Shown here piece after piece: positions 53,858-62,821 of a DNA stretch of 64,000 nucleotides. The position numbers and the translations under genes are program-made. The notes beneath the pieces are model-generated. The model was not told where the DNA came from and did not search any database. It saw only the letters and a list, made by a program, of their open reading frames with translations. Position 1 is the stretch's first letter, and each line of letters opens with the position of its first letter. The stretch is from an uncultured Actinomycetota bacterium (GTDB lineage: Bacteria; Actinomycetota; Actinomycetes; Actinomycetales; CAWJMD01): NCBI GenBank assembly GCA_963825505.1, contig CAWGTL010000014.1:209944-273943 (forward strand). Direction: 5' to 3'.

Positions 53858-54687
53858 GCACCCTGACCACGACCCCGGCCGGGACCACCACCACGGCCCG
53901 GCCCACCACGACCGTCCCGCGCCGCAGCGTCGTCCGCGACACCCTCGTGGTGATGCTGCGCGAGCTGCGACCGGTGCGGCGCGACCCGTTCTCGCTGCTG
54001 TTCGGCATGATCCAGCCGCTGGTCTTCCTCGGCCTGTTCGGCCCGCTGCTCGCCGGATCGGTCGGCGGTGGCGGTGCGCTGGGCGAGAACGTGTGGCAGT
54101 GGTTCGTCCCGGCGATCCTCGTGCAGGTCGCCCTGTTCGGGACCTCGACCGTGGGCGCGAACCTGCTGTTCGAGCTCCAGACCGGTTCGCACGAGCGGAT
54201 GCTCGTCTCCCCGCTGTCACGGCCGTCGATGCTCGTGGGCCGTTCGCTCAAGGAGATGGTGCCGCTCGCCGCTCAGGCGGTGGTCGTCGTCGCGGTGATG
54301 ACCCCGACCTCGTTCGACCTGCACCCGCTCGGCGCGCTCGTCGGGCTGGCGCTGCTCGCGGTGCTCGGCGTCGGGCTCGGCTCGTTCAGCTACGCGCTCG
54401 CGATCGCCGTCCGCAAGCAGGACTGGATGTTCTGGGCGGTGCAGCAGACCGTGATCTTCCCGCTGATGCTGCTGTCCGGTCTGCTGCTGCCGCTGGAGTC
54501 CGGCCCGGCCTGGATGCGGGCGGTGGCCGCGGTCAACCCGCTGCGGTACGTGGTCGACGCCGAGCGCGCCCTGTTCGCCGGCCAGATCGGCGTCGCCGAC
54601 GTCGCCTGGGGCTGGGTCGCCGCCCTCGTCACCGCCGCCCTCGGCCTGGCCGTCGGCATCCGCGTCATGGTGAGGAGCTCGGACTGA
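53854..54687 (+). CDS. ABC-2 type transporter permease
   Basis: ATGA overlaps the ATPase stop. The product reads MSTLTTTPAGTTTTARP...RDPFSLLFGMIQPLVFLGLFGPLL... with six TM segments. Confidence 0.8.
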   Translation: MSTLTTTPAGTTTTARPTTTVPRRSVVRDTLVVMLRELRPVRRDPFSLLFGMIQPLVFLGLFGPLLAGSVGGGGALGENVWQWFVPAILVQVALFGTSTVGANLLFELQTGSHERMLVSPLSRPSMLVGRSLKEMVPLAAQAVVVVAVMTPTSFDLHPLGALVGLALLAVLGVGLGSFSYALAIAVRKQDWMFWAVQQTVIFPLMLLSGLLLPLESGPAWMRAVAAVNPLRYVVDAERALFAGQIGVADVAWGWVAALVTAALGLAVGIRVMVRSSD

Positions 54688-54688
54688 C

Positions 54689-55096
54689 CTACCCGTCCCC
54701 GTCGAGGAGGGCCTGGATCTGCTCGGCGGGGACGGTGTCCGGCTGCTGGAGCAGCCACTGCACGCCGAACGGGTCGCGGACCCGGCCCCACCGGCCGCCC
54801 CACGGCCGCTCGTGCACCTCGAACACCCAGCTGCCGCCGGCGTCCACCAGGGCGCCGGCGACGGCGTCGGGGTCGTCGACCAGGACGTCGAGCAGCGGAC
54901 CGGGGTCGGCCACCGGATCGTGCTCGTCGGCGTCCTTGACCGTGACCCGTCCGCCGAGCACCTCGATCTCGGCGAACACCACCGTGGTGCCGTGGGTGAA
55001 CCGCACCACCTCGGTGGCCCCCAGCGCACGGGACCAGTAGGCGAGGGCATCGGCGGCGGGGCTCACCACCAGCTTCGGACGCAGGACGTCGCTCAT
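54689..55096 (-). CDS. VOC (glyoxalase/bleomycin-resistance) family protein
   Basis: The 135-aa product contains ...FAEIEVLGGRVTVKD...ERPWGGRWGRVRDPFGVQWLL.... Confidence 0.7.
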   Translation of the reverse strand: MSDVLRPKLVVSPAADALAYWSRALGATEVVRFTHGTTVVFAEIEVLGGRVTVKDADEHDPVADPGPLLDVLVDDPDAVAGALVDAGGSWVFEVHERPWGGRWGRVRDPFGVQWLLQQPDTVPAEQIQALLDGDG

Positions 55097-55406
55097 GCCG
55101 CGACCCTAGGACGGCGCGGACCGGCACGTCTTGGACGAACCGGAGCCGACGATTTGGTCCCGCGCCGTCCGCCCGCCTACTCTTGACCCACCGAAGACCG
55201 CAGGTCCCCGTCCCGATCCTGGGGCGGGCGAAGGCCCACGACACGTGGTGACCAGCGCAGGTGCCGCAAGTGCAGACCCGTCCACCAGGACGAGCCCGTG
55301 CCCCGCGCTCCTGCGCGGGGCACTTTCCGTCTCTGGGGCCGGGCCCACCCGTGGTCGCCGGTGCAGACCAGACCGATGCACCATCCCGACCACGGAAGGA
55401 GGGCCC

Positions 55407-56039
55407 ATGGCGAACGCTGCGAAGACCGCTGCCGTGGCCGAGCTCACGGAGTTGTTCCGCGGCTCGTCCGCCGGCGTGCTGACCGAGTACCGCGGGCTCA
55501 CCGTGGCCCAGCTCAAGCAGCTGCGCCGTTCCCTGGGGGACAACGCCACGTACGCGGTGGTCAAGAACACCCTGACGTCGCTCGCGGCCAAGGAGGCCGG
55601 CGTCGACGCGTTCGACGGCCAGCTCTCCGGTCCGTCGGCGATCGCCTTCATCACCGGTGACCCGGTGGAGGCGGCCAAGGGTCTTCGCGACTTCGCCAAG
55701 GCGAACCCCCAGCTGGTCATCAAGGGCGGGTACCTCGAGGGCAAGACCCTCAGCCCGGCCGAGATCACCAAGCTCGCCGACCTCGAGTCGCGCGAGGTCC
55801 TGCTGGCCAAGCTGGCCGGCGCCATGAAGGCGTCGCTCAACAACGCCGCGTACCTGTTCGCCGCGCCCCTGGCGCAGGCCGCCCGCACGATCGACGCGCT
55901 GCGGCTCAAGGTCGAGCAGGAGGGTCCGGCGCCCACGCCGGAGCCCGCCGCCGAGGACGCCCCGGCGTCCGACGAGGCACCCGCAGCCGAGGCTGCGGAC
56001 CAGGACGCTCCCGCCGAGGGCGCGACCACCGAGGGCTGA
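55407..56039 (+). CDS. rplJ: 50S ribosomal protein L10
   Basis: From the ATG at 55407 (SD ggaaggagg): [43 protein letters not shown].... A long 5' leader of about 310 nt precedes it. Confidence 0.9.
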   Translation: MANAAKTAAVAELTELFRGSSAGVLTEYRGLTVAQLKQLRRSLGDNATYAVVKNTLTSLAAKEAGVDAFDGQLSGPSAIAFITGDPVEAAKGLRDFAKANPQLVIKGGYLEGKTLSPAEITKLADLESREVLLAKLAGAMKASLNNAAYLFAAPLAQAARTIDALRLKVEQEGPAPTPEPAAEDAPASDEAPAAEAADQDAPAEGATTEG

Positions 56040-56099
56040 CAGCCCACCCCACCGGTGGGCCGTCCGGCGCACCAGAACACACAGAGGAAGGACGCCACC

Positions 56100-56489
56100 A
56101 TGGCCAAGCTCAGCACCGACGAGCTGCTCGACGCGTTCAAGGACATGACGCTGATCGAGCTCTCCGAGTTCGTGAAGAAGTTCGAGGAGACCTTCGAGGT
56201 CACCGCCGCCGCCCCCGTCGCGGTCGCCGCTGCCGGTGGCGCCGCTGCCGGCCCGGCCGCCGAGGCCGAGGAGGAGAAGGACGAGTTCGACGTCATCCTC
56301 GAGGCTGCGGGCGACAAGAAGATCCAGGTCATCAAGGAGGTCCGCACCCTCACCAGCCTCGGGCTGAAGGAGGCCAAGGACCTCGTCGACGGCGCTCCCA
56401 AGCCGATCCTGGAGGCCGTCAACAAGGAGGCCGCCGAGAAGGCCAAGGCCGCTCTCGAGGGCGCCGGCGCCACCGTCACCGTCAAGTGA
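56100..56489 (+). CDS. rplL: 50S ribosomal protein L7/L12
   Basis: From the ATG at 56100: [39 protein letters not shown]...[35 protein letters not shown].... Confidence 0.95.
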   Translation: MAKLSTDELLDAFKDMTLIELSEFVKKFEETFEVTAAAPVAVAAAGGAAAGPAAEAEEEKDEFDVILEAAGDKKIQVIKEVRTLTSLGLKEAKDLVDGAPKPILEAVNKEAAEKAKAALEGAGATVTVK

Positions 56490-56531
56490 CGACTGCCTGA
56501 CCCGCACCACCGCGGCCGTCCGGTCGCACGC

Positions 56532-56569
56532 CGAAGGGTCCGACCCCCCGCAGGGGTTCGGACCCTTCG
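56532..56569 (+). terminator. Intrinsic-terminator-like hairpin after rplL
   Basis: The 12-bp stem CGAAGGGTCCGA / TCGGACCCTTCG is extended by four C:G pairs around a tetraloop. It lies 43 nt after the rplL stop. There is no T-tract, which is common in actinobacteria. Confidence 0.6.
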
Positions 56570-56796
56570 TGCGTCCCGCCCCGTGCGCCCGACGTGCGCG
56601 CTGCGGCGCCGGGTGCGACGCGCCGTCCCGGTGCGCGCGCAGCGGGCTACCCGGAGGTAACGTCCTGCCGCCGGCGCCGTAACCTCGCCGGTCCCCGCCC
56701 GTTGGTCTGGCGGGTAGGGCGACCTGCGCCCGCCGTCCGGGAACGCCCCGGGCACGTACCGCACGCACGCGACGACGCGAGGACGGAGGGGCCGAC

Positions 56797-57771
56797 GTGG
56801 GTGTCGAGATCTCCGTCGACGGCCTCACCAAGTCGTTCGGGTCGCAGCTGATCTGGGACGACGTCACGCTCACCCTCCCCGAGGGCGAGATCTCGGTGAT
56901 GCTCGGTCCGTCCGGTACGGGCAAGTCGGTGTTCCTCAAGACGCTGGTGGGCCTGCTCAAGCCCGACCGCGGCTCGATCGTCATCGACGGCAAGGACATC
57001 ACCCGGCTGCGCGAGGCCGACCTGTACGAGGTGCGCAAGCTGTTCGGCGTGCTGTTCCAGGACGGCGCGCTGTTCGGCTCGATGAACCTCTACGACAACA
57101 TCGCCTTCCCGTTGCGCGAGCACACCAAGAAGTCCGAGTCCGAGGTCGAGGCCGTCGTCACCGAGAAGATGGACCTGGTGGGCCTCACCGGCGCCGAGGA
57201 CAAGCTGCCGGGCGAGATCTCCGGCGGCATGCGCAAGCGTGCCGGCCTGGCCCGGGCGCTGGTGCTCGACCCCGAGATCCTGCTGTTCGACGAGCCCGAC
57301 TCCGGCCTCGACCCGGTGCGCACCGCGTACCTCAACCAGCTGATCGTCGACCTCAACGCCCAGACCGGCGCCACCTGCCTGATCGTCACCCACGACATCA
57401 ACACCGCCCGCACGGTGCCGGACAACATCGGCCTGCTGTACCACAAGCACCTGGCGATGTTCGGGCCCCGCGAGATGCTGCTGTCGAGCGAGGAGCCGGT
57501 GGTCCGGCAGTTCCTCAACGCCCAGCGGGTCGGCCCGATCGGCATGAGCGAGGAGAAGGACGCCGACGAGCTCGCCGCCGAGTCCGGCCAGGAGCTGCCC
57601 CCGCTGCCGCCGATCCCGATGCAGCTCGAGCCGAGCGACGGCAGCCACCGCCCGACCCAGCGCGAGCCCGGCGCGTGGTGCCGCGACAACGGCGTGACGC
57701 CGCCGCCGGGGTCGTTCCAGGGCGACCCCACCAGCCCCAAGACCCTCAGCGCCGCCGGGGCCGACGCATGA
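56797..57771 (+). CDS. mceG: Mce-associated ABC ATPase (Mkl/MceG, MlaF-like)
   Basis: GPSGTGKSVFLK (Walker A), ISGGMRKRAGLARAL (signature motif) and LLFDEPDSGLDP (Walker B). A Pro-rich C-terminal tail follows. It lies directly upstream of yrbE/mce. Confidence 0.9.
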   Translation: MGVEISVDGLTKSFGSQLIWDDVTLTLPEGEISVMLGPSGTGKSVFLKTLVGLLKPDRGSIVIDGKDITRLREADLYEVRKLFGVLFQDGALFGSMNLYDNIAFPLREHTKKSESEVEAVVTEKMDLVGLTGAEDKLPGEISGGMRKRAGLARALVLDPEILLFDEPDSGLDPVRTAYLNQLIVDLNAQTGATCLIVTHDINTARTVPDNIGLLYHKHLAMFGPREMLLSSEEPVVRQFLNAQRVGPIGMSEEKDADELAAESGQELPPLPPIPMQLEPSDGSHRPTQREPGAWCRDNGVTPPPGSFQGDPTSPKTLSAAGADA

Positions 57772-57833
57772 GCGAGCGGAGCGAGCGAGTCATCCAGCAC
57801 CGTGCGCACGCCATGGCGAGGTACGAGCCGTGA
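57768..57833 (+). repeat. Intercistronic 66-nt mini-ORF element, copy 3 ([21 protein letters not shown])
   Basis: ATGA at 57768-57771 overlaps the mceG stop, and GTGA at 57830-57833 overlaps the yrbEA start. The sequence is ATGAGCGAGCGGAGCGAGCGAGTCATCCAGCACCGTGCGCACGCCATGGCGAGGTACGAGCCGTGA. Confidence 0.9.
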
Positions 57834-58609
57834 GCGCCGTGACGGGAGCCGCCACCGGCGCGCTGCGGCAGACCGGGTCGCTGTTCGCGATGATGCTCGA
57901 CACGCTGCGGATGTGCTTCCGGCGCCCGTTCCAGGTCCGCGAGTTCGTCCAGCAGTCGTGGTTCATCGCGTCCGTGACGATCCTGCCCACCGCCCTGGTC
58001 TCGATCCCGTTCGGTGCGGTCATCGCCCTCCAGCTGGGCAGCCTCACCCGCCAGCTCGGTGCGCAGTCCTTCACCGGCGCGGCGAGCGTCCTGGCCGTGA
58101 TCCGCGAGGCCAGCCCGATCGTCACCGCGCTGCTGATCGCGGGCGCGGGCGGCTCGGCGATCTGCGCCGACATCGGCTCGCGCAAGATCCGCGAGGAGAT
58201 CGACGCCATGGAGGTGCTCGGCATCTCGCCGATCCAGCGCCTCGTCGTGCCGCGTGTGCTCGCCACGATGCTCGTGGCCGTCGGCCTCAACGCGCTGGTC
58301 TCGGTGGTCGGCGTCGCGGGCGGCTACTTCTTCAACGTCGTCCTGCAGGGCGGCACCCCGGGCGCGTACCTCGCCTCCTTCACCGGCCTGGCGCAGCTGT
58401 CCGACCTGTGGGCCGGTGAGGTCAAGGCCCTGGTGTTCGGGTTCATCGCCGCCATCGTCGCCAGCTACAAGGGGCTCACTGCGGGCGGCGGTCCGAAGGG
58501 CGTGGGCGACGCGGTGAACCAGAGCGTCGTCATCACCTTCATGCTCCTGTTCGTCGTCAACTTCGTCCTCACGGCCGTGTACTTCCAGGTCGTCCCCCAG
58601 AAGATCTGA
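57830..58609 (+). CDS. yrbEA: Mce-system permease YrbEA (MlaE family)
   Basis: The 259-aa product contains ...FVQQSWFIASVTILPTALVSIPFGAVIALQLG...REEIDAMEVLGISPIQRLVVPRVLA.... Confidence 0.9.
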   Translation: MSAVTGAATGALRQTGSLFAMMLDTLRMCFRRPFQVREFVQQSWFIASVTILPTALVSIPFGAVIALQLGSLTRQLGAQSFTGAASVLAVIREASPIVTALLIAGAGGSAICADIGSRKIREEIDAMEVLGISPIQRLVVPRVLATMLVAVGLNALVSVVGVAGGYFFNVVLQGGTPGAYLASFTGLAQLSDLWAGEVKALVFGFIAAIVASYKGLTAGGGPKGVGDAVNQSVVITFMLLFVVNFVLTAVYFQVVPQKI

Positions 58610-58612
58610 CCG

Positions 58613-59461
58613 ATGACCGACACCCTCCGGACGACCCAGCGGCTGCTCGCCCCCGTGCGCGCTGCCGACGGTGCCGTCAGCGACCTCGGCCGCCAGCTGC
58701 GGTTCTACGTGCAGTCGATCAGGTGGGTGCCGCGCACCCTGTCGCGGTACCGCAAGGAGGTGCTGCGGCTGCTCGCCGAGATCACCCTCGGCACCGGCGC
58801 GCTGTCGGTCATCGGCGGCACCGTCGGCGTGATCGCGTTCCTGGCGTTCTTCACCGGCACCGAGGTCGGGCTGCAGGGCTACCAGGCGCTCGACCAGATC
58901 GGCTCCGGGGCGTTCACCGGATTCGTCTCCGCGTACTTCAACACCCGCGAGATCGCCCCGCTGGTGGCCGGTCTCGCGCTCGCGGCCACCGTCGGCTGCG
59001 GCTTCACCGCCCAGCTCGGCGCGATGCGGATCTCCGAGGAGGTCGACGCCCTCGAGGTGATGGGCATCCCGAGCCTGCCGTTCCTCGTCACCACCCGGAT
59101 GGTCGCCGGGTTCATCGCTGTGATCCCCCTGTACGTGGTGGGGCTGCTGTCGTCGTACGCCGCCACCCGGCTCATCTCCACCGGGTACTACGGCCAGTCG
59201 ACCGGCACCTACGACCACTACTTCAACCTGTTCCTGCCCCCGGGCGACGTGCTGTGGTCGTTCGTCAAGGTGATGGTGTTCTCGGTCGTGATCATCGCGA
59301 TCCACTGCTGGTACGGGTACACCGCGAGCGGCGGTCCGGCCGGCGTCGGCGTGGCCGTGGGCCGTGCGGTCCGTACCTCGATCGTCGCGATCAACGTCGT
59401 CGACTTCTTCCTCTCCCTGGCCATCTGGGGCACGACCACGACCGTCCGGATCGCCGGATGA
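58613..59461 (+). CDS. yrbEB: Mce-system permease YrbEB (MlaE family)
   Basis: The 282-aa product contains ...ISEEVDALEVMGIPSLPFLVTTRMVAG.... Confidence 0.9.
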   Translation: MTDTLRTTQRLLAPVRAADGAVSDLGRQLRFYVQSIRWVPRTLSRYRKEVLRLLAEITLGTGALSVIGGTVGVIAFLAFFTGTEVGLQGYQALDQIGSGAFTGFVSAYFNTREIAPLVAGLALAATVGCGFTAQLGAMRISEEVDALEVMGIPSLPFLVTTRMVAGFIAVIPLYVVGLLSSYAATRLISTGYYGQSTGTYDHYFNLFLPPGDVLWSFVKVMVFSVVIIAIHCWYGYTASGGPAGVGVAVGRAVRTSIVAINVVDFFLSLAIWGTTTTVRIAG

Positions 59462-60777
59462 CCCCCGCCCTCGCACGCGCCCGGCGCGCCTCGTTCCTGT
59501 CCGGTCTGTCGGACCGGGCCTTCGGCGTGGCCTTCCTGCTGGTGCTCGCGGCCGCGATCGGCCTCGCGATCGCCTCGTACGCCAAGGTCTTCGTGCCGGT
59601 CGTGCGGGTGACGCTGGAGACCAGCCGGATCGGCAACCAGATGCAGGAGCTCTCGGACGTCAAGCTCCGCGGGGTGCTCGTCGGCGAGGTCCGCTCGATC
59701 AGCTCGGACGGCGGCGGCGCCACGATGGAGCTCGCGCTCGACCCCGACCAGGCGGCGATGATCCCGGCGAACGTCGAGGCCCGGTTGCTGCCGAAGACCC
59801 TGTTCGGCGAGAAGTTCGTCTCGCTGGTGATCCCGGAGGAACCGTCCGACGGGCACATCCGCGCCGGCGACGTGATCACCCAGGACCGCTCGGAGACCGC
59901 GATCGAGCTCGAGCAGGTGCTCGACGACCTGCTGCCGCTGCTGCAGGCCGTGCGCCCGCAGGACCTCGCACTGACCCTGAACGGGCTGTCCACCGCCCTC
60001 GAGGGACGCGGCGAGCAGCTGGGGAACAACGTCACCCTCGTCGGCGACTACTTCTCCGAGATCAACCCGCGGATGGACCTCATCCAGTCCGACATCTCTG
60101 CGCTGGCCGACGTCGTCTCGCTCTACGCCGACGCGGCGCCCGACCTGCTGCGGATCCTGCGCGCCCAGTCGGTCACCACCGCGACGATCGTCGAGAAGCA
60201 GGACACGCTGGCCCAGTTCCTCACCGGCACAGCCGGGTTCGCGAGGACCACCGACCAGGTGCTCACCGAGAACGAGAGCCGGATCATCCGCGTCGGTGAG
60301 GTGAGCCGGCCCACCCTCGAGGTGCTGGCGAAGTACTCGCCGATCTACAAGTGCTTCGCCGAGGGGCTCGTGGCGTGGGAGCCTCGGGTGCGCGACACCT
60401 TCGCCAACGAGGAGCTGCACATCACCCTCGAGGTGGTGCCGCAGCGCCCCGCCTACGAGCCCGGCGAGGAGCCGCAGTTCGACGACAAGCGGGGCCCGAA
60501 CTGCGAGGGGCTGCCGAACCCTCCCGGCTCCCAGCAGGACCCGAACCCCGGCAAGGTCACCGACGACGGCAGCAACGGCGGCGCCAACCGGTATGCGTTC
60601 TCCGGCGTCCCCACCGCGTTCGACGGCCCGACCACCGGCCTGGTCGGCAGCGAGGCCGAGCGGCTGCTCGTCGGCTCGCTCGTCGGCCCCCAGATGGGCC
60701 TGGAGCCGGACGACGTCCCCGACATCGCGACCCTGCTGTTCGGCCCGGTCGCCCGAGGCACCGAGGTGAACGAGTGA
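59458..60777 (+). CDS. mceA: MCE-family substrate-binding protein MceA
   Basis: ATGA overlaps the yrbEB stop. An N-terminal TM segment is followed by the MCE/MlaD domain ...VKLRGVLVGEVRSISSDGGGATMELALD.... Confidence 0.85.
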   Translation: MTPALARARRASFLSGLSDRAFGVAFLLVLAAAIGLAIASYAKVFVPVVRVTLETSRIGNQMQELSDVKLRGVLVGEVRSISSDGGGATMELALDPDQAAMIPANVEARLLPKTLFGEKFVSLVIPEEPSDGHIRAGDVITQDRSETAIELEQVLDDLLPLLQAVRPQDLALTLNGLSTALEGRGEQLGNNVTLVGDYFSEINPRMDLIQSDISALADVVSLYADAAPDLLRILRAQSVTTATIVEKQDTLAQFLTGTAGFARTTDQVLTENESRIIRVGEVSRPTLEVLAKYSPIYKCFAEGLVAWEPRVRDTFANEELHITLEVVPQRPAYEPGEEPQFDDKRGPNCEGLPNPPGSQQDPNPGKVTDDGSNGGANRYAFSGVPTAFDGPTTGLVGSEAERLLVGSLVGPQMGLEPDDVPDIATLLFGPVARGTEVNE

Positions 60778-61835
60778 TGGCGCGGCCGGTGAGCAGGTCG
60801 CAGCGGATCGGTTCGGACCTGACGAAGCTGCTGCTCTTCGTCGTCGTCACGGTCGCGGCCTTCGGGCTGCTGGCCACGACGATCGCGAACGTCCGGTGGG
60901 GCGACAAGTCCGACTACACCGCGGTGTTCACCGACGTCACCGGCCTGATCGAGGGCGACGACGTCCGGATCGCCGGCGTCCGGGTGGGCGAGGTCACCGG
61001 CATCGAGGTGGCGGGGGACGAGGGCGAGGAGCGCAACCAGGCCGTCGTCCGGTTCCGGATCGACCGCACCGTCGTGCTCACCGAGGGCACCACCGCGCTG
61101 ATCCGCTACCGCAACCTGATCGGCCAGCGCTTCGTCTCGCTGGCGCAGGAGCAGGGCGGCATGGACGAGCTGCCGGTCGGCGCCGAGATCCCGGTCGAGC
61201 GCACCAAGCCGGCGCTCGACCTCACCGCCCTGTTCAACGGGTTCAAGCCGCTGTTCGCCGCCCTGAACCCCGCCGACGTCAACCAGCTCGCCTTCGAGAT
61301 CATCCAGACCCTGCAGGGAGAGGGCGGGACGATCGAGCACCTGCTCGCCTCGACGGCCTCGCTCACCTCGACCCTGGCCGACCGCGACGAGGTGATCGGT
61401 CGGACGATCGACAACCTCAACCAGGTGCTCGGGACGGTGGCCGACCGCAGCACCCAGCTCGACCAGCTGCTGCTGCAGCTGCAACGGTTCGTCAGCGGGC
61501 TGGCCGAGGACCGCGAGGCGATCGGGGCGTCGCTCACGAACATCGCCGACCTCACCGAGTCGACCGCCGGGCTCATCGAGGAGGCGCGCCCGCCGCTCGA
61601 GGACGACATCGAGCAGCTGGGGAACCTCGCCGACAACCTGGACCGCAACAACGAGGTCGTCGACCAGTTCCTCACCACCTGGCCGGGCAAGATCGACGAG
61701 ATCACCCGTACCGCCTCGTACGGCTCGTGGTTCAACTTCTACCTCTGCGACTTCGACGGCCAGATCACGCTGCCCGCCGGCCAGACCCAGCGCATCGAGG
61801 CCTACGACACCGGCACGGCGAGGTGCTCCGGATGA
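60777..61835 (+). CDS. mceB: MCE-family protein MceB
   Basis: TGATG overlaps the mceA stop. The product contains ...YTAVFTDVTGLIEGDDVRIAGVRVGEVTGIEV...IRYRNLIGQRFVSL.... Confidence 0.85.
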   Translation: MARPVSRSQRIGSDLTKLLLFVVVTVAAFGLLATTIANVRWGDKSDYTAVFTDVTGLIEGDDVRIAGVRVGEVTGIEVAGDEGEERNQAVVRFRIDRTVVLTEGTTALIRYRNLIGQRFVSLAQEQGGMDELPVGAEIPVERTKPALDLTALFNGFKPLFAALNPADVNQLAFEIIQTLQGEGGTIEHLLASTASLTSTLADRDEVIGRTIDNLNQVLGTVADRSTQLDQLLLQLQRFVSGLAEDREAIGASLTNIADLTESTAGLIEEARPPLEDDIEQLGNLADNLDRNNEVVDQFLTTWPGKIDEITRTASYGSWFNFYLCDFDGQITLPAGQTQRIEAYDTGTARCSG

Positions 61836-62821
61836 CCCCGTTCCGCGAGCGCAACCCCGTCCCCATCGGTGCGGCCGGGCTGCTGGCCCTGGGCCTGGCG
61901 CTGGTCGCCGCCTTCAACATCGACGCCCTGCCGTTCCTCGGCGGCGGTGACGAGTACTCCGCGTCCTTCTCCGAGGCCGGGGGTCTGCGGGTGGGCGACG
62001 ACGTCCGCATCGCCGGCGTCGAGGTGGGCGAGGTCGAGGCCGTGGAGCTCGACGACGACCACGTGCGGGTCGACTTCCGCGTCACCGCGCCGGCCTCGTT
62101 CGGCGAGGACACCGGCGCGAGCATCCGGATCCAGACCGTCCTCGGCCGCAAGTTCCTCTCGCTCGAGCCGCGCGGCGCCGGCCAGCTCGCCGAGGGCAGC
62201 ACGATCCCGCTGGAGCGCACGGTCTCGGTCTACGACGTCGTGCGGGCCTTCGGCGACCTCGCCGAGGTCAACGAGAGCATCGACACCGACCAGCTCGCCA
62301 CCGCGCTCGACACGATGGCCACCGAGTTCCAGGACACCCCCGAGGAGGTCCGCGGCTCGCTCGACGGCCTCTCCCGGCTGTCCCGCACCATCGCCTCGCG
62401 CGACGACCAGCTGCGCGAGCTCCTCGACAGCACCCGCGAGGTCACCGAGGTGATGGCGTCCCGCGACGCCGAGCTGGAGCAGCTGATCAACGACGCGAAC
62501 CTGCTCCTGGCCGAGCTGGAGCGCCGCAAGGAGGACATCTCCCGGCTGCTGGACTCCACGTCCGCGCTCGCCCTGCAGGTCACCGCGCTCGTCCAGGAGA
62601 ACAGGGCCGAGCTCAAGCCCACGCTGGACCGGCTGAACTCCGTGCTCGCGCTGCTCGAGGAGAACAAGGCGAACCTCGAGGAGGGGCTGGCCAACATGGC
62701 GCCCTTCACGCGGGTGTTCGCCAACGTCCTCGGTACCGGGCGCTGGTTCGACACCTACATCCAGAACATCGTGCCCGTCCCCGGGCTCGCGCTGCCCACG
62801 TCGCCGGCGGTGCAGCCGTGA
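61832..62821 (+). CDS. mceC: MCE-family protein MceC
   Basis: ATGA overlaps the mceB stop. The product contains ...YSASFSEAGGLRVGDDVRIAGVEVGEVEAVEL...IQTVLGRKFLSLEP.... Confidence 0.85.
   Translation: MTPFRERNPVPIGAAGLLALGLALVAAFNIDALPFLGGGDEYSASFSEAGGLRVGDDVRIAGVEVGEVEAVELDDDHVRVDFRVTAPASFGEDTGASIRIQTVLGRKFLSLEPRGAGQLAEGSTIPLERTVSVYDVVRAFGDLAEVNESIDTDQLATALDTMATEFQDTPEEVRGSLDGLSRLSRTIASRDDQLRELLDSTREVTEVMASRDAELEQLINDANLLLAELERRKEDISRLLDSTSALALQVTALVQENRAELKPTLDRLNSVLALLEENKANLEEGLANMAPFTRVFANVLGTGRWFDTYIQNIVPVPGLALPTSPAVQP

Noticed and set aside
55097-55406. The long leader upstream of rplJ as an L10-leader autoregulatory RNA.
   Set aside because: This is plausible from its position and about 310-nt length, but I could not fold or match the conserved L10-leader structure by eye, so I do not report it as a feature.
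56570-56796. A KstR-type operator (TnnAACnnGTTnnA) or other known regulator site upstream of the mceG-mce operon.
   Set aside because: I noticed only a weak direct repeat (GTAACG...CGTAAC at about 56656-56690). There is no palindrome matching the remembered KstR consensus.
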